NCBI GenBank assembly: GCA_050253335.1
Contig: JBFWJG010000027.1
Location: forward strand, 1-33,264
Length of the DNA: 33,264 nucleotides
Reading direction: 5' to 3'
DNA from: Deferribacterales bacterium
GTDB taxonomy: Bacteria; Chrysiogenota; Deferribacteres; Deferribacterales; Geovibrionaceae
Below the pieces are notes generated by a model. The model did no database searches. It saw only the letters and a list, made by a program, of their open reading frames with translations, and was not told the origin of the DNA. The translations under genes and the position numbers were made by a program. Below are positions 9,614 to 17,720 of the stretch, piece after piece. How positions within the stretch are numbered: the first letter of the stretch is position 1; every line of letters starts with the position of its first letter.

Positions 9614-10354
9614 CTAATTTATTCCTTTATTAATACTGAAAAGTAAACGAGCTATAAACATAAGTGCAGTATAAAAAACAAATGCAGTAATGACAAGCAG
9701 TAAGGCTATGTAGCCGAAAATATCCGGAGCATGCATCAGAACGGTCATCAGGGATTCTTCATAATAAAAAAACCACTGATGATCACGAAAAATCACCTCA
9801 TGGAGAAAGTAAAAGACCTCCTCAGCGCCCAAAACATAAATAAGAAGCCCCGAAAGGCAGAGAACGCCAAGTGTCACAGGAAGCGCCACAAAGGCTCTGG
9901 CGGGGCGTACTTTCTGGTTTATCATGGTTATAATGCAGAACAGAGACGCCACTATAAAAAAGTAAGAGCTTATCTTAAACCAGAACACCACATCCGAAAC
10001 ATCCATAAGGTGCTGAACCTCAGCCGGAGTGAGAAGCTGGAAGGACTTGTCCGTCATCATGGGGCTGAACTCTATCTTCTCGAGATCTTCGCCTGCGTTG
10101 TTTACGGATCTGCTTATTTCCCCGAAAAGTCTCTCGTGCTCGTTCCTGTCTGTCAGAACAAACATTTTCTTCTCGTTATCAGCATTTTTTGGGGCATACT
10201 TTTTAACCATGCCTTCAATATCCAGCATTCCGTACATGGCGGAATAGCCGAAATCAATCGCTGATAAAGCAGTCCAAGAGAAAAATACGGAAGTGTAAAA
10301 AAGGCAGATGCCGAAGAATATATTAAGCAGAACGCCTGCTGGTTTTCTTTTCAT
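9614..10354 (-). CDS. DUF1461 / Lit-like (lipoprotein intramolecular transacylase family) integral membrane protein
   Basis: Four TM segments with E-x-x-H-L-x-D-V (EVQHLMDV) and F-x-H-x-x-x-F-x4-W-x-F (FLHEVIFRDHQWFF) motifs. Confidence 0.7.
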   Translation of the reverse strand: MKRKPAGVLLNIFFGICLFYTSVFFSWTALSAIDFGYSAMYGMLDIEGMVKKYAPKNADNEKKMFVLTDRNEHERLFGEISRSVNNAGEDLEKIEFSPMMTDKSFQLLTPAEVQHLMDVSDVVFWFKISSYFFIVASLFCIITMINQKVRPARAFVALPVTLGVLCLSGLLIYVLGAEEVFYFLHEVIFRDHQWFFYYEESLMTVLMHAPDIFGYIALLLVITAFVFYTALMFIARLLFSINKGIN

Positions 10355-10359
10355 ATGTT

Positions 10360-11505
10360 TCAGTGCCCCTCGTCGGGCATGTCCCTGTAGGTATCTCTTA
10401 CTGCGATAAACTTATCCAGATTATCAAAAAAAACTTTAACCAGAGCCGGATCAAAATGCTGTCCGCTCTCTTCCTGCATGAGTTTCAGAATCCTGTCCAT
10501 GTCCCATGCCTTTTTATATACCCTGTCGCTTCCGAGAGCGTCAAAAACATCCGCTATGGCGGTTATGCGTCCGAATATATGTATGTCCTCTCCGGCAAGA
10601 CCGTGAGGATAGCCTTTTCCGTTCCATTTTTCGTGGTGGGTAAGGGCGACTGTCGCCGCCGCCTTGAGGATTTTTCTCTCGGAGTGTCTGAGGATGTTGT
10701 AACCCATGACGGCGTGGCTCCGCATTATTTCCCATTCCTCGTCAGTCAGTTTGCCTGGCTTCAGAAGAACGGCATCGGGAATGGCAACCTTGCCTATGTC
10801 GTGCATGGGGGAAGCCATCTTCAGGAGCTCCGCCTCTTTTTCGCTCATACCGCAGCCGACCGCCAGAAGATAGGAATACTCCGCGACCCTTTTCACATGG
10901 AATCCCGTCTCCTTTGAGCGCATCTCCCCTGCTTCGGCCATGGTGAAGATAATTTCCTTCTGGGTGCGCTCTATCTCCTGCTGCATGAGCACGGTGGAAA
11001 GCTCCTTTCCGGTGTAGGTGGCGGCGAGCATAAGCCTGCGCACATCCTCTTCGGTGAAGTTGCCGTCTTCCGTCATCTTATTTATTGCCTGAAAAACCCC
11101 GATAACGTTTCCGTCCGGATCGTGATAGGGGATTGCTATCATGTTTCTTGTGCGGTAGCCGGTGTGCATATCCACTGTTTTATCAAACCGGGGATCGCTG
11201 TAGGCATCGTTTATGATAATTACTTCGTCATTCTCCGCCGCTTTGCCGGCTATGCCGCTTCCCAGAGGTATGCTTATTTTGTCCACCCCGTGGGCCACTT
11301 TTGTCCAGAGAATGTCCCAGCGCCTGTCTATAAGCCAGACAGAACACCTGTCCGCCACGACAAGATCACGCCCCATGTCCGCCAGAATAACAAGCATCTG
11401 ATCCAGCCTGTGCTCATTGGCAATGAGTCCTATATAACTGAAAATAGACGCGACCAGTTCTTCCGCGGTCGGTTCCGGTCTGGGCGTGTACAGCTTTTCG
11501 GGCAT
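10360..11505 (-). CDS. GAF + HD-GYP cyclic di-nucleotide phosphodiesterase
   Basis: GAF (ADRCSVWL, DAYSDPRF, AINK); HD-GYP motifs HVKRV, HDIGK, HHEKWNGKGYP, IADVFDAL. Confidence 0.93.
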   Translation of the reverse strand: MPEKLYTPRPEPTAEELVASIFSYIGLIANEHRLDQMLVILADMGRDLVVADRCSVWLIDRRWDILWTKVAHGVDKISIPLGSGIAGKAAENDEVIIINDAYSDPRFDKTVDMHTGYRTRNMIAIPYHDPDGNVIGVFQAINKMTEDGNFTEEDVRRLMLAATYTGKELSTVLMQQEIERTQKEIIFTMAEAGEMRSKETGFHVKRVAEYSYLLAVGCGMSEKEAELLKMASPMHDIGKVAIPDAVLLKPGKLTDEEWEIMRSHAVMGYNILRHSERKILKAAATVALTHHEKWNGKGYPHGLAGEDIHIFGRITAIADVFDALGSDRVYKKAWDMDRILKLMQEESGQHFDPALVKVFFDNLDKFIAVRDTYRDMPDEGH

Positions 11506-11670
11506 ATCACTTCTTCCTTGATTCTAAAAACATATGCACAAACACAATTATTACCATAACAAAAGCGGTTGCAAGCAAAATCATTTTTCCGTCGGTAATG
11601 GTCGACTGGAAATGCTTCTGAGCGGAGGCTACCCTTTCCGGCAGCTGGCTGTGATAAATAAGGCTCATGA

Positions 11671-12174
11671 CTACTCCCTGAAAATTTTCAATACTTCTCC
11701 TATATAGATTCGGTGATAATCCTTAGCAAGATAAAATTTTTCTGCGCCTTCATCCAGAAAATTGCGGCTTTCCATATCCTGAAAATATATCTTTTTGCAG
11801 AGAATCACCAGCTTTGCCTGCTCAAAAGCCACGGAAGAGCCGAAAGAAACCGGCGTGAGCCCTGTCTCCAGAGCCTTGTCATAGTCCCTGCCCGATTTTG
11901 AGCCGCAGAAATTAAGGGCGGAGCGGTATTCCTCGCTGAAAAAAGAGAGCGTGAACTCGTCATGCTTTTCCGTAAACTCATAAGTATATCTGGAAGGACG
12001 CACATAAACGGTTACGGCGGGCTTGTTCCAGAGGATTCCGAAACTTCCCCAGCTTGCCGTCATGGTGTTGTATGATTCAGGAGTGCCCGCCGTGATCAGC
12101 GTCCAGTCTTTGCCGATCAGCCTGAAGGGATTCTCGCTGAGTTCTTCAGGCGAAATTGTTTTAAAATGCTTCAT
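11671..12174 (-). CDS. Flavin reductase family (flavoredoxin-like) protein
   Basis: NTMTASWG, VRPSRYT, CGSKSGRDYDK, H-x-x-YIGEV. Confidence 0.85.
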   Translation of the reverse strand: MKHFKTISPEELSENPFRLIGKDWTLITAGTPESYNTMTASWGSFGILWNKPAVTVYVRPSRYTYEFTEKHDEFTLSFFSEEYRSALNFCGSKSGRDYDKALETGLTPVSFGSSVAFEQAKLVILCKKIYFQDMESRNFLDEGAEKFYLAKDYHRIYIGEVLKIFRE

Positions 12175-12431
12175 TTATTCTCCTTTGACGCAAGAAACTC
12201 CGCCACGGCAGAGGTTTCGCTCCCTGTAATCTTGAGGCCGAAACCCTTCATTCTGTCTATGGTGGATACCCATTTCTTCCGGTCATACTGCTTTTTCAGC
12301 GCAAGTTCAAGACTATGACAGCCCGCGCATTTTGAAATAAATATTTTTTCACCGTCAGCCGCTTTCGCATTTACGGTGATCAGGATACAGACAGAAACTA
12401 CAACGATAAGAAAGATAATAAAAGATTTCAT
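12171..12431 (-). CDS. Small exported monoheme cytochrome c
   Basis: Signal peptide ending AKA, CAGCH heme motif, distal Met in W-x4-DRM; ATG 12431 has an AAGGAG SD. Confidence 0.88.
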   Translation of the reverse strand: MKSFIIFLIVVVSVCILITVNAKAADGEKIFISKCAGCHSLELALKKQYDRKKWVSTIDRMKGFGLKITGSETSAVAEFLASKENK

Positions 12432-12437
12432 AGCGTT

Positions 12438-12604
12438 CTCCTTGACCTTACAATAAAAATCCGCGCATCCTGCCGGATTTTTATACACGCTCGCGCCGTG
12501 GTAAACACGGCTTCGCTGCGCACGGCGTCGGCACTTCCTGTGCCTCCTTGACCTTACAATAAAAATCCGCGCATCCTGCCGGATTTTTATACACGCTCGC
12601 GCCG
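12438..12604. repeat. Perfect 61-bp direct repeat (12438-12498 and 12544-12604) overlapping a three-hairpin repeat unit (12453-12544)
   Basis: CTCCTTGACCTTACAATAAAAATCCGCGCATCCTGCCGGATTTTTATACACGCTCGCGCCG occurs twice, 45 bp apart. Confidence 0.95.
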
Positions 12605-12699
12605 AAACATCGAAACCGCGGTATTGCCGAATCTCCCCGCGGTGACAACCGTCATTGCGGACGAAGCAGTCTCATTTAACGGCATTGTCTCCTCTCAGC

Positions 12700-12724
12700 G
12701 TCATTCTGAACGCAGTGAAGAATC
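12700..12724. repeat. REP-like element GTCATTCTGAACGCAGTGAAGAATC
   Basis: Identical 25-mer at 19246-19270; degenerate relative at about 12651-12673. Confidence 0.85.
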
Positions 12725-12804
12725 CCGATGCGCAGTTTCCCTTCACACGCAGAGTTCAGGAGCACCACAGATGCATCTGCCGCTCATATATAATTTTATC
12801 ACAG

Positions 12805-13497
12805 CTATGAAAGGATCAAAGTCAGATAATCATAGACCGGAGTGATAAAAATAGCGGGAAGCATATTTGCGGTGCGGAATCTGGCTATACCTGCCATCCC
12901 TATTCCGATGCTGAGAATGATAACTCCGCCCGTGACGGAAATAGCGCTGACGTACATAGGTTCGCTGAGAAGAAACCTCAGATTAAACGCCAGAAGGCTC
13001 AAAATGCCCTGATAAATAAAAACACTGACGGCGGAAAAGATTACGCCTATTCCCAGTGTCGAGGCGAGGATAACCGATATTATGCCGTCAAGAAGGCTTT
13101 TCACATACAGAAGGCTCGGATCATTCATCAGCCCGTCCTTTATACTGCCGAGTATGGCGAAGGAGCCCACGCAGTAGATAACCGATGCTGTCACAAACCC
13201 GTTGACAAAGTTCTCCGATTTGCTCTTGATCGCTTTTCTCAGGGTTTCCCCAAGCTGCTCCAGCCTGCCCTCTATGTTCAGAAGCTCGCCTATTACGGTT
13301 CCGATAACAAGGGAAACTATCACAGGGAAAAAGTCATGATCCTCAAAAGCCATTTTAATGCCGAGAACCGCCACGGCAAGCCCCACAACCTTAACCACCG
13401 AGTCCTTAACCGATTCGCCCAGCCTCTTGCCGAAGAGAAGACCCGCCACGCTTCCGGCCGCTATGGCCGCGCTGTTTACCACTGTTCCGATGATCAC
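12805..13497 (-). CDS. DUF554 (YdfK-like) membrane protein
   Basis: GTVVN, GFVTAS-x3-CVG-x2-AILGSI-x-DGL, KSLLDG, LGIGV-x-FSA, NMLPA. Confidence 0.88.
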   Translation of the reverse strand: MIIGTVVNSAAIAAGSVAGLLFGKRLGESVKDSVVKVVGLAVAVLGIKMAFEDHDFFPVIVSLVIGTVIGELLNIEGRLEQLGETLRKAIKSKSENFVNGFVTASVIYCVGSFAILGSIKDGLMNDPSLLYVKSLLDGIISVILASTLGIGVIFSAVSVFIYQGILSLLAFNLRFLLSEPMYVSAISVTGGVIILSIGIGMAGIARFRTANMLPAIFITPVYDYLTLILS

Positions 13498-14120
13498 CTG
13501 AAAAACCTCTCCACATATTCAGTGGCTTCCGCCGCCAGAGATTCCGACTCAAGGCGCATGGTCACTTCATCATTATAATTAAACGCGCTGTAAGTGTAGT
13601 TATGACTGCCGGAATAAACTATCCGCCCGTCAATAACCGTCATTTTTGTGTGCAGGCGCTTTTTCGGGCTGTCGTAAAGGACAACCGCCCCTGCCCTGGC
13701 CAGTGATGCGCCTGTCTCCCTGTTTGCCTTGGTGAGGAAAGATTTTTCATCATCCTCAACATCAAACACCACCCTGACCTTCACGCCTCTTTTGGCGGCA
13801 TTTTCAAGGGAAAGGAGCAGAAGCTCCGTATCGGCAGGCTTGTCCCTGTCCGCCTTGAACATATAAATTGTCATGTCTATTGAACGTTCCGCGGAAGTAA
13901 TATCTTCTATCAGCGGCACGATGAGCCTTTTTCCGTCCAGAAAGGCAACCTCCGCCGTGTGCGTGTGCAGACGCGCGGAAAGGTTGGAATATACGAAAAA
14001 GACTATAAAAACAAATGCGATTAATAGCTTAAAGACCCGCGACCGAGCGGAGCGCTTCCCAGATATTTTCTTTGCCGCGCCCTGTAACAGACGAATAAAG
14101 AAAGAAATGTTCCTTGTCAA
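13494..14120 (-). CDS. Membrane-anchored single-HKD phospholipase D/Nuc-family protein (start uncertain)
   Basis: AAKRGVKVRV, HTKMTVID, GSHN, NDE motifs and an N-terminal hydrophobic segment; TTG 14120 follows AGAGGAAG (alternative TTG 14159). Confidence 0.8.
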   Translation of the reverse strand: MTRNISFFIRLLQGAAKKISGKRSARSRVFKLLIAFVFIVFFVYSNLSARLHTHTAEVAFLDGKRLIVPLIEDITSAERSIDMTIYMFKADRDKPADTELLLLSLENAAKRGVKVRVVFDVEDDEKSFLTKANRETGASLARAGAVVLYDSPKKRLHTKMTVIDGRIVYSGSHNYTYSAFNYNDEVTMRLESESLAAEATEYVERFFR

Positions 14121-14604
14121 TTCCCACTTCCTCTGCAATAAGGCGAACCTGTTTTGCAATCTGATTGTTTGAAAGTTTATCGGTTTTTGTCAGTACTACC
14201 AGTGTGTGGGTTTCTGTGTCAGAAAGCCAGCCGAGCATATCCAAATCCTCCCCGGAGGGAAGACGGCGTATGTCCAGAATAAGAACACAGGCTTTCAGAA
14301 GATCCCTTTTGGTGAGATAGGTTTCTATGCACCTTGCCCATGAGGCCTTTTCCGACTTGGAGACGGCGGCAAAGCCGTATCCGGGCAGATCCACAAACAT
14401 TATTTCGTTCTCAATATTGAAAAAGTTAAGCGTTCTTGTTTTGCCGGGCTTGGCACTGACCTTAACCAGCTTTTTACGTCCGAGAAGCGAGTTTATCATG
14501 GACGATTTGCCCACGTTGCTTCGCCCCACAAAGGCTATTTCCGGCAGAGCGCTTTCGGGGTAGTCCTTCTCGAATACTGCCGATTTCACAAATTCCGCGT
14601 TCAC
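14029..14604 (-). CDS. engB: Ribosome biogenesis GTPase EngB/YihA/YsxC
   Basis: EIAFVGRSNVGKSS, PGKT, DLPGYG, TKTDKL. Confidence 0.97.
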   Translation of the reverse strand: MNAEFVKSAVFEKDYPESALPEIAFVGRSNVGKSSMINSLLGRKKLVKVSAKPGKTRTLNFFNIENEIMFVDLPGYGFAAVSKSEKASWARCIETYLTKRDLLKACVLILDIRRLPSGEDLDMLGWLSDTETHTLVVLTKTDKLSNNQIAKQVRLIAEEVGIDKEHFFLYSSVTGRGKENIWEALRSVAGL

Positions 14605-15446
14605 TCAAAAACCCCCATGTCACGGAGCAGACACTTCATGCCGAAGCCGAAATCCACACTGAATCCCGCCGCGTTTTTGTGTCCGCCGCCGCCGTTTCTC
14701 ACCGCGATTTCAGCCACATCAACCTCCGGGATTGATCGGAGCGAGACTTTCTTCTTCTGAGCATTGACTATCACCACGTAATCCACGCCGAGCTCATTGG
14801 TTATGTAGTTGCCCACTTCTGAGTTGTACTCCTCGCAGAAAACCGCATATGCACTCCGCCCCTGCGTGTCCGTAAACTGAAAGCCGGACTTGGCGGAGTT
14901 GCGGATGTATCTGTCGCGCCTGTCTTCCTCTATTTCGATGATGAGCGATTCGCTCTCGCCGAATTCGGCGGAGGGCACGGCGAGAAACCTTGCCTCGAAC
15001 CTGTCTATCCCAAGCTTCATGAAGAGGATATTCATCTGGAGACTGTCTGCGCGTTTCATATGCCACATGTCAAAGTCGTTCACGCAGTCCACAAAGTCCG
15101 CATAGGAGGAAACATCGTACCCCTGCGCCTCAAGCCATTCGTAGGTGAGCTTTGTGGCTGATTTCGTGGTGTCATGCACCACGCCGTGGTTCCCCTTGAG
15201 CCATGAGGATGTGGGGTGATGGTCGATGAAGGTTATTTCCGTTTCGCCCAGCACGCTCTCATAAGCCCTTTTGGATGGGGAAACATCCGTGATTATCACG
15301 CCGTCATAGCCGCCGCTCTCTTCCTCAAGGGCCTGATCCACCTCGTTGTAATTGAGATACAGCGTGTTCACGTTTTTCAGGTATTTCTTGATCAGTATGC
15401 CGCAGCCTACCCCGTCAAGATCGTTGTGTGATATATGAAGATGCAA
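14601..15446 (-). CDS. DHH/DHHA1 family phosphoesterase (NrnB-like nanoRNase candidate)
   Basis: SHNDLDG, ITD, IDHH, SLRS, GGGGHKNAAG. Confidence 0.9.
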   Translation of the reverse strand: MHLHISHNDLDGVGCGILIKKYLKNVNTLYLNYNEVDQALEEESGGYDGVIITDVSPSKRAYESVLGETEITFIDHHPTSSWLKGNHGVVHDTTKSATKLTYEWLEAQGYDVSSYADFVDCVNDFDMWHMKRADSLQMNILFMKLGIDRFEARFLAVPSAEFGESESLIIEIEEDRRDRYIRNSAKSGFQFTDTQGRSAYAVFCEEYNSEVGNYITNELGVDYVVIVNAQKKKVSLRSIPEVDVAEIAVRNGGGGHKNAAGFSVDFGFGMKCLLRDMGVFE

Positions 15447-15502
15447 AATACACTCCTTGTTTTAATTATCAAAACATGCATTGAAGGCCGGACTTTCAGG
15501 CG

Positions 15503-15922
15503 CTACTCGCCTATTATTTTCACAAGCACCCGCTTGCGCCTTCTGCCGTCAAACTCGCCGTAGAATATCTGCTCCCATGTGCCGAAGTCAAGCCTCCCTT
15601 CGGTAACGGCGACAACAACCTCTCTGCCCATTATCTGGCGCTTGTGGTGTGCGTCCCCGTTGTCCTCCCCTGTGAGGTTGTGCCTGTATCGGGTGAGCGG
15701 TTCATGGGGTGCGAGCTCCTCCAGCCATTTCGCGTAATCTGCGAGCAGGCCGTGTTCATCGTCATTTATAAAAACAGAGGCTGTTATGTGCATGGCATTA
15801 ACCAGACACAGCCCCTCCTGTATGCCGCTTTCAGCCAGAGCCCTCTCCACATCACGGGTGATGTTTATGAACTCCATGCGCTTTGTGGTGTTAAAGAAAA
15901 GCTCTCTGCGGAATGATTTCAT
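15503..15922 (-). CDS. yjbQ: YjbQ family protein (UPF0047)
   Basis: HITAS-x-x-IN, [21 protein letters not shown]; start set at ATG 15922 after a purine-rich SD. Confidence 0.9.
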   Translation of the reverse strand: MKSFRRELFFNTTKRMEFINITRDVERALAESGIQEGLCLVNAMHITASVFINDDEHGLLADYAKWLEELAPHEPLTRYRHNLTGEDNGDAHHKRQIMGREVVVAVTEGRLDFGTWEQIFYGEFDGRRRKRVLVKIIGE

Positions 15923-15963
15923 GCTTTTACCTACCCTCTCACAATTGATCAGTTCAGGTATCC

Positions 15964-15992
15964 TTGACATTTATGCCTTTTTGGACGATAAT
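15964..15992 (+). promoter_or_regulatory. sigma70 promoter for the DUF3800-associated small RNA
   Basis: TTGACA (15964-15969) - 17 nt - GATAAT (15987-15992); predicted start at about G15999. Confidence 0.75.
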
Positions 15993-15998
15993 ACTAAT

Positions 15999-16057
15999 GG
16001 AGACTCGGCTCATGGGCTGCTTTCGGGTGGTTTATGATGCATTGTCTCCTTTTTTTT
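15999..16057 (+). ncRNA. Putative DUF3800-associated structured small RNA (~59 nt), convergent with the DUF3800 gene
   Basis: GGAGAC/GUCUCC closing stem; 12-bp inner stem with 6 G-U pairs that folds only on the + strand; UUCG loop; U8 tail; upstream promoter. Confidence 0.75.
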
Positions 16058-16937
16058 ATCTTGTTCTGCTTGTATACGGATCCGGCACATAGGTTATACC
16101 GTACATAAATATGTTGCTTCCGTTTTTCTCCGCCTCACCCTTAAACTGCAAATCATACAACCAGCCAGAAAAATCCTTTAAATCCTGTCTTACGGGTGCA
16201 TTCATCCCTTGAGTCGGCAAACGAAAACACTGATTTATAAGATATATACATACATCCGCAGCCTGTACTGGGTATGATAGACTCGAAGAAACAAAAAGAG
16301 GCACCGGAACAATGCTGCCGCTTCGTTGCTTCCCGACAGATGTTTTCAGGAAATAGTTATGCAGCCTGTTAATGAATTTTCTGTCTTCAGACTCCTCAAC
16401 TTCATCCATGACAATGATTCCGTGCTCTTTTCTTTCCTTAAGAAAAAAGTAAAACCGTTCAAAAAGAAAAACGTGATCTTTGCGGAGATAATCCTCGTAT
16501 TCGAAGTCTGTTGGTTTACAAACATTTTTTGGAATAGCAGAGGCAAAAAGATAACATTCATGCTCCCTTAAAAGCTCCATTATCGAGCCAGCCATTCCTA
16601 CCGATGCCTGACCATAAGCCAGAAACTCCTTATTAGTTGGCCTAAGTTTTTCCAAACCTTTAGTCAGAAATTTTCTGCACAAGCTCCTTCGCTCGTCATC
16701 CTCAAGCGGCAAATCCATAGTTGCCCACTTCAGCCTGTCCTTATCAAGAAGCTTACATCCCTTTAGCTCCTTATTAAACTGTTTCAAATGTGTGCCAAAA
16801 TAACTCAGTTCAAGATTAAGCCAATCTTTAACAAAAGACCATAGCTTTCCGGAATGAATTGCGAAGCCGCCTCTTACTTCATAAGGCATCGTTCGGTGAT
16901 CATGTCCGCTTTCATCCATAAACAGCAGCCAGCTCAT
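16056..16937 (-). CDS. DUF3800 domain protein (predicted RNase H-like fold)
   Basis: N-terminal FMDESG, central IIVMDE, C-terminal VQAAD motif; AT-richer than neighbours. Confidence 0.88.
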   Translation of the reverse strand: MSWLLFMDESGHDHRTMPYEVRGGFAIHSGKLWSFVKDWLNLELSYFGTHLKQFNKELKGCKLLDKDRLKWATMDLPLEDDERRSLCRKFLTKGLEKLRPTNKEFLAYGQASVGMAGSIMELLREHECYLFASAIPKNVCKPTDFEYEDYLRKDHVFLFERFYFFLKERKEHGIIVMDEVEESEDRKFINRLHNYFLKTSVGKQRSGSIVPVPLFVSSSLSYPVQAADVCIYLINQCFRLPTQGMNAPVRQDLKDFSGWLYDLQFKGEAEKNGSNIFMYGITYVPDPYTSRTR

Positions 16938-16938
16938 T

Positions 16939-17151
16939 TTATCTCCTGAAAAACAGATTCAGAACAACAGTGAGGACAATGCTCACTATGATGGAGGTAA
17001 CTATCGGGAAATGAAAGGAAAAGTTCTTCCCTTTAAAGGCTATGTCACCGGGCAGACGGCCGAGGCCGAACTTCTCCCCCACAGTGAATATCACCCCTGC
17101 AATAACAAGGACAACACCCGTAAGAATAAGCATTCTGCCCATTCCGCCCAT
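16939..17151 (-). CDS. DUF2905 small membrane protein
   Basis: GRLPGDI and F-x-FPIVTSI-x-x-S motifs, two TM segments. Confidence 0.9.
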   Translation of the reverse strand: MGGMGRMLILTGVVLVIAGVIFTVGEKFGLGRLPGDIAFKGKNFSFHFPIVTSIIVSIVLTVVLNLFFRR

Positions 17152-17153
17152 CT

Positions 17154-17720
17154 CTACAGTTCCTCTTTAAGCTTAGCGAATTTCTTAGTCAGACGCCCTC
17201 TGAAGGCGTCCTCCTCACTGTAAATGCAGCCGCAGTATTTCTGGCGGTACATCTCAAGCCGCTTTGATTCGTCTATGCCGTGCTGCCAGCCTTCCCGCCA
17301 GTCTTCGTAGTGAAACGGCACGCCGTATTTCTTCGCCGCCGCCTCGCACATTTCGATAATAAGTTCATGCTTCTGGTATCTGCTGTAAAGCAGTGTGGTG
17401 GAGAAGCAGTCAAACCCCTTCTCCGCGGCGGTCTGCGCCGCTTTCTCCATGCGGGATGAATAGCAGTATGCGCAGCGCATATTCTCACGGTAGACGGCGT
17501 TTCTTGCGAAATCCGTCAGACCGTAAGTATCGTCCGCAATCATTTCAATCCCCTGCGCCCTGTTGGACAGAACAGCCTGCTCAAAGCGGGCGTAAAGCTC
17601 CGTGAGAGGGTGTATGTTCGGGTTGAAAAAATATGCGCATATATCGTGCCCGCCCTCTTTCAGTTCCCTTACGGGATAAACCGAACAGGGGGCGCAGCAC
17701 TGATGAAGGAGTATTCTCAT
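17154..17720 (-). CDS. queH: Epoxyqueuosine reductase QueH (DUF208)
   Basis: LLHQCCAPCS, NPNIHP, RCAYCY, TTL, YRQKYCGC. Confidence 0.93.
   Translation of the reverse strand: MRILLHQCCAPCSVYPVRELKEGGHDICAYFFNPNIHPLTELYARFEQAVLSNRAQGIEMIADDTYGLTDFARNAVYRENMRCAYCYSSRMEKAAQTAAEKGFDCFSTTLLYSRYQKHELIIEMCEAAAKKYGVPFHYEDWREGWQHGIDESKRLEMYRQKYCGCIYSEEDAFRGRLTKKFAKLKEEL

Noticed and set aside
12438..12604. Repeat-spacer-repeat as a mini CRISPR array
   Set aside because: Only two 61-bp units, too long for CRISPR repeats; the spacer is itself part of the hairpin repeat family; no cas genes in the window
12624..12845. 73-aa ORF containing RHSERSEES, and ORFs 19065-19427 and 19270-19581 (the latter containing RHSEQSEES)
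   Set aside because: Conceptual translations of the REP-like repeat and intergenic DNA; they overlap real genes
15923..15970. N-terminal extensions in the ORF track (yjbQ to 15970, trpC to 5021, cytochrome c to 12488, moxR to 24286, AMMECR1 to 32817)
   Set aside because: Downstream ATGs have better SD sequences and match family N-termini
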